Below are positions 51,942 through 64,000 of a stretch of 64,000 nucleotides of DNA, one piece after another. This DNA is from Octopus sinensis (Eukaryota). The notes beneath the pieces were generated by a model, which did no database searches, had not been told where the DNA came from, and worked only from the letters and a program-made list of their open reading frames with translations. Both the position numbers and the translations under genes were made by a program. Position 1 is the stretch's first letter; every line of letters begins with the position of its first letter. The stretch spans positions 21,142,001-21,206,000 of the forward strand of contig NC_043013.1 of NCBI RefSeq assembly GCF_006345805.1. The letters run 5' to 3'.

Positions 51942-53119
51942 TAAATGATATATGAACTACGTAATTTACCAAATGAGGACTGGTGAAATTTATTTAGGTC
52001 AGGTAAGTTTTTTCATGCTTCTTTTTCTATAAATTAGTGTGTGATTTGCTATTCATATTCAGGAACAGAATGGCAATTCTAGGTTCCGTATTGTTTTATG
52101 CCGTTACGCTCCGCAGCATTTGTTGCTGATCTGGAATTCGACAAGCTGTAAAATGAATTTGACAACCGGTAATTTGCAGGAGAAAATATGGTGAAAAATG
52201 AGAGTAGACATAATAAAGGGAGATATGTAAAAACAGGCGCCTTTTGTACATTCTTACTATTTTCCCTTTATTATTCAGAAATCAAACGTTGAAGACGCAA
52301 CAGCGACTTGCACCGTCGTCACCCGTCAACCCTACCCAACGATAAATGCCCCTGGTTCTTATAGACCGCCCTTCGCCTGAACATCTACCTCACGTACTCT
52401 CTGCGCCCATCAAGATGAAGAAGCTCACTCACTGGCCATAGATTTAATACTCGGACACGAGTTAATGCTGACAACGAAATCTCTCACTTTTTACCCTCTT
52501 ACATGCAAGTTAATACTACCCGTATCGTTTTAGGTTGTTTTTTTTTTTTTTACCTGTTACCTGGAAAAAAATATAATGGAAGAGGAACAGCGTTTCTTTT
52601 TGTGTCAAGTGAAACAAGTCAAGATCTAGTAAAAAAATTTCTAAGTAGTACTTCGTTGAATAAAACCACTTGAACAACTATGCACTGAATACGTTTTCCA
52701 TGTTAAATTTTACCCATAAAGTATGTATGTATGTATGTATGTCATTATTCAGTTTTATTTCAAGATCTCTTGCCAATGGAGAAAGAATCGGTTTCTAACT
52801 GAGATCTAAGCCTTCTTCGTTGGAATTTCAACATCAGCAACATGGCATTTTTGTTTGATTGTATGTATGCGTGCAGATTTGTATGTTTTGTTTTATATCT
52901 GTATTCTTATGCATACACTTGCATATCTAGACATGCTCATATATACTTAAATGATAAACTTCAGGAACATATTATGGATTTGTAAACATACATGTAAGTA
53001 TGTATGTATGGACATATATATGTATGGGTGTATGTATGAACATGTATCTGAAAACGTGTGCATGTATGCATGCTTGCATCTATGTAGTATGTATGCATGC
53101 ATGCGTGTATGTATGTATG

Positions 53120-53153
<34 letters not shown>

Positions 53154-53550
53154 TGTATGTATGTATGTATGTATGTATGTATGCTCGTATGTTTTGATAT
53201 ATTTGCGTATGTGCGTGTATATCAATACATACACGTGTGTACGTTTGTACGAGGGCGTGCGTATTTATGCGTAACCATGCACATATGTATCCACGCCTGT
53301 TTGCATGTGTGGATGTGGATTTTTAAACAAACTTTTGCATCTTCCCCGACGTACATCGTGTATGCGGTACATTTGCTGTCTATTCATCTCAGTTAATTAC
53401 TTCGAAAAAGGAATAAAGTCATAGCACCGACCACCTGTTGAGTCGTTGCCCATTCTCAGTGATCAGAAATCTCGCTTAGCTGAACTAAACTTGCCGTGTC
53501 TAGGTTGATATTCATCAGTGTAATATATACATACATACATGGATACAATT

Positions 53551-53609
<59 letters not shown>

Positions 53610-53751
53610 TATATATGTATGTATCTATGTATGTATATATATAAGTATATAGATGTATATACATTCATACATACATATATGTGTGTGTGAGCGAATGTGC
53701 GTGTCTACCTGTCTTAGTGTGTGTATACAGACATATGCATAAGTGCGATAC

Positions 53752-53831
<80 letters not shown>

Positions 53832-54312
53832 GTATACAAACATAAAAACGTATTTATATACATACATGCAAACATGTGTGTGAGCGTGAGTGTGTGTGTC
53901 TGTGTGTGAGCATGTGTGTATGTGTGTGAGCGTGTGCGTGTGTGTGTGTGTGTGCGTGTGCTTATATATAGTAGGATTTATTTGTATAACAACTCCTACG
54001 TCGTGATACACCCACGCTTTTCAGTTCCATACGCGTACATGCACACACATACGCGCGCGCATACACCTACACATATTTACCAGAACAGTTTTAGATTACA
54101 CTAGTTCACATGACAACAGGTCAATACCACATTTTCTCTGATTCCTCTCGCATACAAGAGCTTATAAAAATAGAAGTAAAGTATGGAAGCCCCACCGTAA
54201 AAGAATCCCAATTGTTTCCGAGATGTTGAAAAACGCTCGAATCGCGAGTCCATGTGTGTGAGAATATGTTTGTGAGTGTGTGTGTGTGTGTGTGTTGTGT
54301 GTGTGTGTGTTG

Positions 54313-54370
<58 letters not shown>

Positions 54371-54432
54371 TATGCTTGTTTGGTTACCTGTTTATACTCA
54401 AAATTTATGTCTGTGTATTAGTGCATGTTTAC

Positions 54433-54609
54433 CTGTGATTTTTGTGTGCGTATGACGCGAAGTTCTTGTGCGTGTTGTGCGGACCAGATCGTATGGCGAT
54501 TGTGGAGATGGCGGGGGAGTTGTTTGTGGAACAGTCTTTCTAAAGATTCCTCTGCAAATATAGGGGGAGGCGGAGGAGGCGGAGGAGTAGGTCCAATATG
54601 AGAAGATAG
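54433..54609 (-). CDS. Candidate internal coding exon (59 codons, phase 0-0) encoding a poly-proline motif
   Basis: Acceptor TGCTTCTCCCAG| and donor CAG|GTAAAC flank an open frame, LSSHIGPTPPPPPPPPIFAEESLERLFHKQLPRHLHNRHTIWSAQHAQELRVIRTQKSQ. The segment is locally GC-rich, and the prolines use mixed codons. Confidence 0.45.
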
Positions 54610-54924
54610 CTGGGAGAAGCATGTGTGTAAACAAACTAATGTCTGTAGAAGTTTCCGAGCTGTTTGTGTGAGAGAGACAAATGTAATTAATATTGTGAGC
54701 AGATATCCCGAGTTGGTGTTTAGATTAATGCTAAACGTTATAGCAGTTTGAATCGCCGAGTGTTGTGATTCCAGCTTATATAATCACTACACTTTCTGTT
54801 GCACAAATTCGGAAAAATCATCTCTCGCGGGCTTTTTTTCTTTTAAATCTATTCATTGCATCGATATATAAACATATATCTCTCTTTGTGTAAATATATG
54901 TACGCATGTATATATATATATATG

Positions 54925-54995
<71 letters not shown>

Positions 54996-55020
54996 TGACT
55001 GATATACATATATGCATACA

Positions 55021-55065
<45 letters not shown>

Positions 55066-55102
55066 TATATATATTGTGTATGTGAATGTAGGATTATCAG
55101 AG

Positions 55103-55145
<43 letters not shown>

Positions 55146-55412
55146 GTGTAATATTTGAGAGTGAAAATACAAACATGCTAAATGTCGATGTTGAAATATG
55201 CTTGTCTTGTGATTTTCCAATAATGAATGCGTAACCATGTTTGTCATCATACGGTCATTCACATATACACCTACGTGCTTTCTTATAGAGGGGGAAAATT
55301 CATAGAAGGGCACCTTCGTTATCATAACCAACGGACTGTAAATTAAATCAAACTTATACAGCGTATAAAAGACAGAGAATTAAAGGGAAAGAGGGTAAGT
55401 TTTATTACCCTT

Positions 55413-55457
<45 letters not shown>

Positions 55458-55458
<1 letters not shown>

Positions 55459-55737
55459 AGGTGCAATGGCCCACTGGTTGGGGCAGTGGACTCGCGGTCG
55501 TAGGATCGCGGTTTCGATTATTGAGCGAAAAACGCCTAAAGCTCCACGATGCTCCGGCAGGGGGTGATGGCGATCCCTGCTGTACTCTTTCGCCACAACT
55601 TTCTCTCACTCTTTCTTCTGTTGGCCTGCTCGCTTAGCCAGCGGGGTGGTGTAATTTGAAGGCTAAAACAATGCGAAGCGCATTGTGACTAGCGATGTGT
55701 AGCAACATCTGATAGCCTGGTCGGTCACGGTGATCAC
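55458..55737 (+). mobile_element. tRNA-derived SINE, head D plus RTE-like tail T2
   Basis: Head and body match the reverse complement of 3290-3486. The tail is unrelated to T1 and ends CTGGTCGGTCACGGTGATC. Confidence 0.8.
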
Positions 55738-55750
55738 TGTAATATATATA

Positions 55751-56090
55751 TAAAGGGCAAAGGTAAAGACCTCCTTCGGTGATGAATGACAATGGGGTTG
55801 CACCTAGAAAGTTCCCCTCCGAGGCATAAGTCCGTGCAAGCTTGTTTATGGAAGACCAGCAGTCGCCCATGCATACCGGCCTTCCATTCTTACGCCACCG
55901 AAGTTATCTAAGGGAAAGGCAAAGGCCTATACATTTTCGCAACAGTGACGTAGCAACTCATTTCTTCAGTTGAGCGAACTGGAGTAACAGGAAATGAACT
56001 GTCTTGCTCAAGAACACAACACACAGCCCGGTGTCGGAACCGAACTCACTACCTCATGATTGTGAGTCCCGCGCACTAACCACCGAGCCA
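55751..56090 (-). mobile_element. tRNA-derived SINE, head C/CORE-like plus tail T3
   Basis: Reverse complement starts TGGCTCGGTGGTTAGTGCGC, continues GTGTTCTTGAGCAAGACAG...CTCCAGTTCGCTCAACTG, and ends with a distinct tail (GGTCTTTACCTTTGCC). Confidence 0.8.
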
Positions 56091-56106
56091 TATATATTTA
56101 TATATG

Positions 56107-56235
<129 letters not shown>

Positions 56236-56341
56236 GTCATTATATACACCCTGCACTAATCCGGTGATTGTTATGATGTAAGAACTTCCAATGCTTGAAT
56301 AAATTTGATCATACAATTTTCTCATTTTTATCTGTAACTTT

Positions 56342-56433
<92 letters not shown>

Positions 56434-56447
56434 TGTGTGTGTGTGTG

Positions 56448-56566
56448 CTTTTAAATGGATGCGTTGTGTTCAATGAAATAATAATGATAATAATATGTTT
56501 GTATATTTAACCCGTTTGTCTACGTATTTCATGTTGTTTACACATAGGTGACGTCCTGTACCCACA

Positions 56567-56629
<63 letters not shown>

Positions 56630-57276
56630 GTACAGGACGTCACCTATGTGTAAACAACATGAAATAGGTAGACAAACGGGTTAAATATATAAACGAGAAA
56701 AATGGAAAACAGGAAAAATAAACACAGGGAAACGACCCTTCATCAGTCGTTTGTTGTGTATTTACTCCTTATTTCGAGCATTCAACGACAATATGAGCCT
56801 TCAAAGACAGGTCCTCACATAAATTCTAAAATGAAATTTAAGATTTATGAAGGGTCAAAGATGGGAACAACAACAGGCCAGTGGAGACATACAAGGAAGC
56901 CGAACGAAAACGAACATGGAGGATCGTTAGACCAGAACGAGGGGAAAATATTGAACGCTGTGAGTAATATTTTCTTTGAAAAGAGAAAAGAGAGAAGAGA
57001 GAGAATAAAACGTCCAGTCCTTTGAACATCCGTGTAAGAAAAGAAAGACTGGACTCTTTCTCTCTCTTCCCTCTATATGGGAGCAACTGTCTTTGAAGAC
57101 TCATATTGTCGTTGAATGCTCGAAATGAGGAGTAGACAGACAGCCTACAACTGATGAAGGGTCGTTTCTCTGTGTTTACTTGTTCTGGTTTCCCTTTTTT
57201 TTCTGTGGTTTCTTATGTATTTAACTCGTTTGTCTACGTATTTCATATTGTTTACACAGTTGGTGACGTCTTGTAC

Positions 57277-57329
<53 letters not shown>

Positions 57330-57504
57330 GTGTGGTGTGTGTGTGTGTGTGTGTGCTTTTAAATGGATGCGTTGTGTTCAATGAAATAATAATGATAATA
57401 ATATGTTTGTATATTTAACCCGTTTGTCTACGTATTTCATGTTGTTTACACATAGGTGACGTCCTGTACCCACATATATGTATATATATATATATATATA
57501 ATAT

Positions 57505-57553
<49 letters not shown>

Positions 57554-58200
57554 GGGTACAGGACGTCACCTATGTGTAAACAACATGAAATAGGTAGACA
57601 AACGGGTTAAATATATAAACGAGAAAAATGGAAAACAGGAAAAATAAACACAGGGAAACGACCCTTCATCAGTCGTTTGTTGTGTATTTACTCCTTATTT
57701 CGAGCATTCAACGACAATATGAGCCTTCAAAGACAGGTCCTCACATAAATTCTAAAATGAAATTTAAGATTTATGAAGGGTCAAAGATGGGAACAACAAC
57801 AGGCCAGTGGAGACATACAAGGAAGCCGAACGAAAACGAACATGGAGGATCGTTAGACCAGAACGAGGGGAAAATATTGAACGCTGTGAGTAATATTTTC
57901 TTTGAAAAGAGAAAAGAGAGAAGAGAGAGAATAAAACGTCCAGTCCTTTGAACATCCGTGTAAGAAAAGAAAGACTGGACTCTTTCTCTCTCTTCCCTCT
58001 ATATGGGAGCAACTGTCTTTGAAGACTCATATTGTCGTTGAATGCTCGAAATGAGGAGTAGACAGACAGCCTACACTGATGAAGGGTCGTTTCTCTGTGT
58101 TTACTTGTTCTGTTTCCCTTTTTTTTCTGTGGTTTCTTATGTATTTAACTCGTTTGTCTACGTATTTCATATTGTTTACACAGTTGGTGACGTCTTGTAC

Positions 58201-58203
<3 letters not shown>
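56448..58203. repeat. Direct tandem duplication of an approximately 0.9-kb unit (56448-57279 and 57356-58203)
   Basis: The unique parts appear identical except for two single-base indels and microsatellite length. Both units are preceded by a (TG)n tract with the same TGGTG interruption. Confidence 0.92.
56627..57279. mobile_element. Foldback/MITE-like element with about 185-bp imperfect terminal inverted repeats, flanked by (TA)n; second copy at 57553-58203
   Basis: The left arm 56627-56810 (TGGGTACAGGACGTCACC...) is the imperfect reverse complement of 57087-57279 (...GGTGACGTCTTGTACCCA). Confidence 0.65.
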
Positions 58204-58274
<71 letters not shown>

Positions 58275-59207
58275 ATGTATATGTATATGTGTATATATAT
58301 ATATATGTACGTATATATATATATATATATATATTATATTTACATATATATATTATTTATTATTACTATTTAATTGAACGCCTCGTATCCATTTCCAGTC
58401 AAGATTATCTTCACCTTTTTGATGCGACTCTACTCTATACTGCTTTCTTTCTCCATCCCATCTCTAACTCCCTGTTTCTCCCCCTCTCTCTTTCATCGAT
58501 TAATGGTGCCACTACAACATTTCTGGCACCAGTAGCTGTAGCCCCTTGCACATGGCTTTCTTTATATCGGATCACCTACTCTTTCTTCTTCCTCTCCATA
58601 TACCTTCGTCTAACCCTTGTAATTCATATATATAGTCAATTCAAAATAATACAGAGAAAAAAAAAAACAATCAAACGTGGGGACGTAGCACAAGCACTGT
58701 ATTAGTATGATGCTTAGTGAACGAAGAGAGTAGTTGTTTTACATTTCGTTCAGGAAAAAATAGGAAAGTCCAAAGAGAAAGAAGGAAGTAGGAGGGAAAG
58801 AATCGCCAACAGTCCACGTGAGGTCACATTTCTATATATAACCAAAGTCGTCATTCCCTTTCCGACAGTGGAAAAGATCACTGCTATATCTCATTCTCTC
58901 TCCGATGATGGAACAGATCGCTGATGTATGGATTGCTACAGCTTATTTTGCACAACATCTGTGCATCTGTTCTTGAAACAGCTGTAAGGGATCCTCTGCA
59001 CATCAATTCACTTCCAATCTTCTCGTGATCTATACACATGTAATGTCTAAAGATATAAATGTCATAATCTAACTTGATACTAAGTGCTTTGCTTGTTTAT
59101 AATTCATCCTTCTTTCACAAACACACACACACTCACACACTCACAATCATATTCATATATACATGTGTGTGTGCGTGTGTGTATGCTTGGCGCGTGTTGC
59201 ATTAAAT

Positions 59208-59211
<4 letters not shown>

Positions 59212-59276
<65 letters not shown>

Positions 59277-59279
59277 CTG

Positions 59280-59367
<88 letters not shown>
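59212..59367. repeat. (GATA)n microsatellite
   Basis: Direct inspection. Confidence 0.95.
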
Positions 59368-60899
59368 TGATCTTAATCGCTTGAAATTTATAAAGTTTTG
59401 AATTTGTCAAAGTCCTGAGAGACATACAGACACATGCACGCGCACACGTATTTATATACATACATATGTACACCTATATACATATCTATACATATATATC
59501 CACATGTATATACACACAATTACATACCTATATGTATGTGTAGATAAAGAGAGAAAGTGTATAGAATGACAGAATTAAAGAGAGGTTAGTATTGGGAGAA
59601 AGAGAGCGATTAGATGTTTCATCGTTTGCTCTGGGAAATTCCCTATCAATACGATGGAGATGTAAATATGTTATTTTTATCATTTTTCGAAATCTTTCTG
59701 AATTGCTGATAAGAAGTACGGAAAGTGAGAAAGCCAGGTAATGAGTTTTTAATGGCGCATATCAGTGGTGTGTGCACATAGAGAGGAAACAGAGATATAG
59801 TGGTAGGAGGGTATAGAGAAGAAGAAGAAGAAGAAGAAGAAGAAGAAGAAGAAGCGATAGAAGGGAATAGGCAGGTAGAGAGAGAGAGAGAGAAAGAGAG
59901 AGTGAGAGAAAGAGAGAGAGAGAGAGAGAGAGTGTGTGTTGTGTGTGTGCGTGTGTGTAACAGAGGGAAGCAGATAAAGAGAGAATGCTTAAAAGAGAGT
60001 GTGTAGAATCGCGGAACGGGAGAGACGCCAGTGTCGGTAGGAAGATAGTGAAAGGATAGAAGTGTTTATTGCTTCTAGTTTGGGAACTTTATAAGAGAGA
60101 GAGAGAAAGATGTAATTATAAAAATGTGAAATCTAATCAAGCCATGTCTATATTAATGATTAATTAAACTGCACTAAAACAGAATTGAAAAACAACGTTG
60201 TAAAAACGTGTCGCATTTCGATACTCCGGGTGGAATTGCTTCAAACAAATTCCCTACCATTCCACCCTCTAATGTACATACACGTTCTCATACACATGCA
60301 TGCATGGAATAGTGCATGCGCACATACTCTCATACACATATGTATGTATAGCGTACACTGAATGATTGCATATTTTTGTGCGTCACATATTATACAGTGT
60401 GTAATATGTGTGTGCGTGCAATTGGTGTTATTTATCGCTGCTAGAACGTAAATGTGCATGTGTGTGTGTATGTGTGTGTGTGTGTGTGTGTGCATATGTG
60501 CTTCTGCATCGTGCCTGTAGGGGGTGTTAGTGGTAATTAAGGCAAGGAGCCATAAATAAAAGAATACAAGAGAGACAAAGAGGAAACGAGATAAGGAAGA
60601 AACTATTAAATGAAATATCAAATTACCATCGCGGAAAACAATGTTTGGTGTCATTTCGTTCATCAGTTTTGTGTATTTATGTGTGTGTGTGTGTGTGTGT
60701 GTACACGTGAGTTCGGGTCTATTTGTGCCTGGGTGTGCATTTATGTGTCTGTGTAGTTGGGTGTGCTTGTTATGTGGTTTTGTTTTGTTTTTCTTTGCGT
60801 TTTTTTTTCATTATTGTTTCGGTCAAGTCGACTTGCTAATACAGGTGGTACGGCAGGCTGTTGTTTTTTTTTTTTTGTACGTGCGATTTTGATCGATTT

Positions 60900-62050
60900 A
60901 TGATGTTATGAAGCAAGCAGAGAATGTCAATGGTGTGTTTAGGCATTTGTTATGTACGAGTACGTAGATGGTGCAAATGCACGGTATTCTCATGGGTCGT
61001 GCGAACGCTGGTGGCAGAGGAAAGTTTCGAAAGTCTTGTATCTTCAGATGGTAATGAGTTTGCTGAGTAGTATCTGGAAACACCGGGCTGCACATTAAAC
61101 ACATGGATAATAGCCGCCATAGCATAGTAATGTCTTCGTAACAATACGCCATGGCAGGGTACGTGGTTATCATGGAGAGGCCAAATGTGTCGAGATAGTA
61201 ACGCGGAGCTTTTGGTAGAATTCTGGAATGTAGATGAGTGCTGGTAGGGGTCAGTCTGAGGTATGCTGTTGGGAGAGTTTGTTTCGATATTGCATATATA
61301 AAAAATATTCTTCTCAAAGCAATGTGAGTTAAGGGGGCAAGCTTTAATTTATTGTTACTGTTGTAAGGGCTATCCAAGTGCGTTCTAAGTCGGTTGAGTT
61401 TTACCATGTTGGAAAATCGATATTCTGCCCTAAGCTGGGGGTAGTCGATTATAGAAGAGTACCTCTGTTTCTAGGGTAAATTATGAGGTAACGATAGTTT
61501 GGTTGGGAATTGTTATTGCAAAAGAGAAGTTCCAGTAATGAAAGCCTTGACATCTGTGTTGCAGAGGATTTATACTATGCTATCTTACGTGGTGTTTGCG
61601 TCGGTGGTTTCACTTGCATCATGTATCAATAGAAGTGTAGCATTTCATCTCATTAAAAGCGCTTTTTTGCGGCCAGTATTGGATTTAATGATCATTTGGA
61701 TAATTAGGTTACGGCAGAAGAACGCTTGTGGTCTTTTAGAGAGAAATAGAGTTCACATGGCTTGCATGCCAAGTTTAGAGGTAATTTGGCGTCCAACATT
61801 GTTAATATTGTTCAGCATCTCGTCAGGTACTTTCCATTAATTGAAGTTTAGGCTGTTTTCGAGGAAATTGTTACACCTGCCATAGTCTAATGTGGTAAGA
61901 GTTGCCGGATTTTGTTGCCTCCTGAAGTGAATTTGTTTGATTAATGAAAAGCGGACACTTTCGAAATCACTCAGACGTGACTGGTTTAGATGTAAGTGTA
62001 AATTTGTCAGTTCCACGACATTAAGAATCTATTCGTCTACTCGGGCAGGA
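60900..62050 (-). mobile_element. Heavily decayed Penelope-like element (linker plus GIY-YIG domain)
   Basis: One frame is stop-poor over about 375 codons. Motifs include NNVGRQ, APLTHIALRRIFFIYAI...AYLRLT, STKSSALLSRHIWPLHDNHVP, WRIVTK...PCV*C and THEN, which parallel the better-preserved copy at 45898-46565. Confidence 0.6.
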
Positions 62051-62505
62051 CCGACAACATACATAAATACATACATGCATACATACATATATACATACAT
62101 ACATACATATATATACATACATACATACATACAAAGTTTCACAGAAACTCAGTATCAACTTGTTCCTCTTCACTTTTAATTGATCTGACTAAATAAAAGA
62201 ACATAAAAACATACATTGGGTAATGACCACAAATACAAACTGGTACACGCCCATAATACAGCAGCCCAGTAAACACCAAACACTGATGTATGTAAGCTAA
62301 AAGTAAATCAAATGCAACAATCACAATCACACGCCCCCGAAATCACACACACACACACACATACACACACATACAACAAACATACACACACAAAACGCAC
62401 ATTCACAAACACACCCAAGTATACGCACAAAAAGTCATACTAACTCACGCACAAACACCTACAATGAAACCTAGTCCTCATACCAATATGTATATAATAC
62501 TACAG

Positions 62506-62552
<47 letters not shown>

Positions 62553-62629
62553 AACATTCAATGCATATATAGTACTACATTCACATGTACAAATAAATAT
62601 ACATGCTAATATATATATATATATAATAT

Positions 62630-62850
62630 TAATTTCGAACTTTAGCACAAGGCCAGCAGTTTCGAGAGAATTAATAAGTTGGTTACATTGACCCCGGTGT
62701 TGAACTGGTACTCATTACTTATTTTATCGACCCCGAAGAAATGAAAGGCAAAGTCGGCCTCGTTGGAATTTGACCTCGTAACGTAAAGACGGACGAAATG
62801 ATGCTAAGCATTTTGGCCACAGTGCTAACGATTCTGCCAGCTCGCTGCCT
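62630..62850 (-). mobile_element. Diverged type-B SINE with the alternative 3' end
   Basis: Ends CTGCCAGCTCGCTGCCT; contains GAAAGGCAAAGTCGGCCTCG and the GCACAAGGCC tail. Confidence 0.75.
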
Positions 62851-63114
62851 GTAATACATATATGACATTGCATGAGTATCTATTACAGGTATAGTCAAAT
62901 CAATGCGTCAACAAAATATTCAGCTGTACAAATGATGGACCCTCCCTCAGTTTTGATGATCATACAAATGTTCAATCAGCTAATCTACCATCTGGTTTGC
63001 GGAATATTCAACTCGACTGGTTCTACAGATACCTGAATCCTGAATAGAATTCTCAAATAGAAACATTATGGTAGTGGATGTGACGAGTTTGGACTTTGAA
63101 TTACAAGGTACTCG

Positions 63115-63378
63115 GAGGATGGGAAATAACGAAATCCAGGGGCTTGGCCGGCTGCTATCAGTTCCTGCCGGTTACCCTCGAGACGTCAGGTGTTTTAGGA
63201 CCCCATACTTACCGATTTTCTCCGCGAAATAAGGATAACGGAGTCCCGTCAGAGAAATGAACCCCACGATATGGAATCGCTACTGCAACGAGTATCGCTG
63301 GCCATTCTCCGCGGCAACGCCATCGCGATTATCACCGCGGGGCGAGGCTGTCCAGACCGTTTCTTCTGGGGTATGTAG
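63115..63378 (+). mobile_element. 3' fragment of a CRE-clade (RLE-type) non-LTR retrotransposon
   Basis: ITKSRGLAGCYQFLPVTLETSGVLGP..RF / LREIR...LLQRVSLAILRGNAIAI matches the CRE-type C-terminus FxPxxxETxGxxG...QRxSxAxxRGNA. One frameshift near 63220; stop at 63376-63378. Confidence 0.75.
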
Positions 63379-64000
63379 ACCATCGCTCGCTTCCACTCCA
63401 TTTTCTGTTGCTTTACGCTCTCCACCCTTTTCTTTTCTTTTTTTCCTTTCTAATCTCTCTTTTTTACTTGTTTCTTTGTGTTTAAATGTTATAAATAATA
63501 TATTATTGTATTTTGAGCGAGGGTACGATGTAAAAGCAATGATAGATAGATACGTGACATTTCGGATTGTAAAGAAAGTAACTTGTTAAAATTTAGCAGA
63601 GAAAAGTATTTATTTGTAAATTTTCTCAAGAGAAATTTAAAAAAGAAAAACCAGGTTCCTCATTTTCTTTCTATTTTGTAATAAACTTTTGTCTCTTAAA
63701 AGATTTGTACACAATTTCCACCTTCCCAGTTTCATTTAAAAGGCTTCTTACAACAGTGGAATCGATACTGGAACTTCAGGTATTGAAACGAAATTGTTTG
63801 CCACTGGCCTACACATATGTTGTATGTAGCCTACAACTTCAAACAAATCACTTATGTGTGCTTAAACAAGCGAAGCAACAAACAAGCAAGGAAAAGTAAC
63901 GCCAAGATTCGAAATTAGCAAATATTTCATGTATTTCATGATCATGAAAAATAAGAGGAGAAAGAAAAGAAGAGGGAAAAGAAAGAGATCAAATTCTTCA

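Noticed and set aside
56702-57025. Identical 107-aa ORFs at 56702 and 57628 as duplicated genes
   Set aside because: They begin inside a TIR arm, have no recognisable domain, and are identical only because of the tandem duplication.
57151-57175. CTGATGA in the foldback arms (also 58076) as a hammerhead core
   Set aside because: No downstream GAAA closes stem II, and the upstream GAAA has no stem III or UH site in any topology I tried.
59633-59643. GGGAAATTCCC NF-kB-like palindrome
   Set aside because: A single short motif with no supporting context is plausible by chance in 64 kb.
61024-61047. CTGAAGA...GAAAC on the minus strand inside the PLE ORF
   Set aside because: Stem II does not pair, and there is no stem III, cleavage triplet or stem I.

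Overview
This is AT-rich, repeat-saturated eukaryotic DNA, very likely a coleoid cephalopod such as Octopus. That assignment rests on my recognition of the tRNA-derived SINE families and the extreme microsatellite density, not on a database search. I found no complete protein-coding gene, rRNA, true tRNA gene or CRISPR array, and most ORFs in the supplied track are translations of microsatellites or SINE antisense strands. Supported content: more than 20 copies of four tRNA-headed SINE types; decayed fragments of RTE, L1/Tx1 and CRE non-LTR elements; two Penelope-like (GIY-YIG) remnants; a maT (DD37D) element; mariner and hAT remnants; four non-autonomous Helitrons in two subfamilies; a 14 x 23-bp palindromic minisatellite; and a tandemly duplicated foldback element. 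The most interesting signals are two minimal type-I hammerhead ribozyme motifs of identical geometry (one with a compensatory U3-A8 pair), SINE head/tail shuffling including a tail matching the RTE 3' end in this window, a poly-proline candidate exon, and a possible decayed Ig-domain gene. Boundaries of old repeats are approximate (about +/-10-20 bp).
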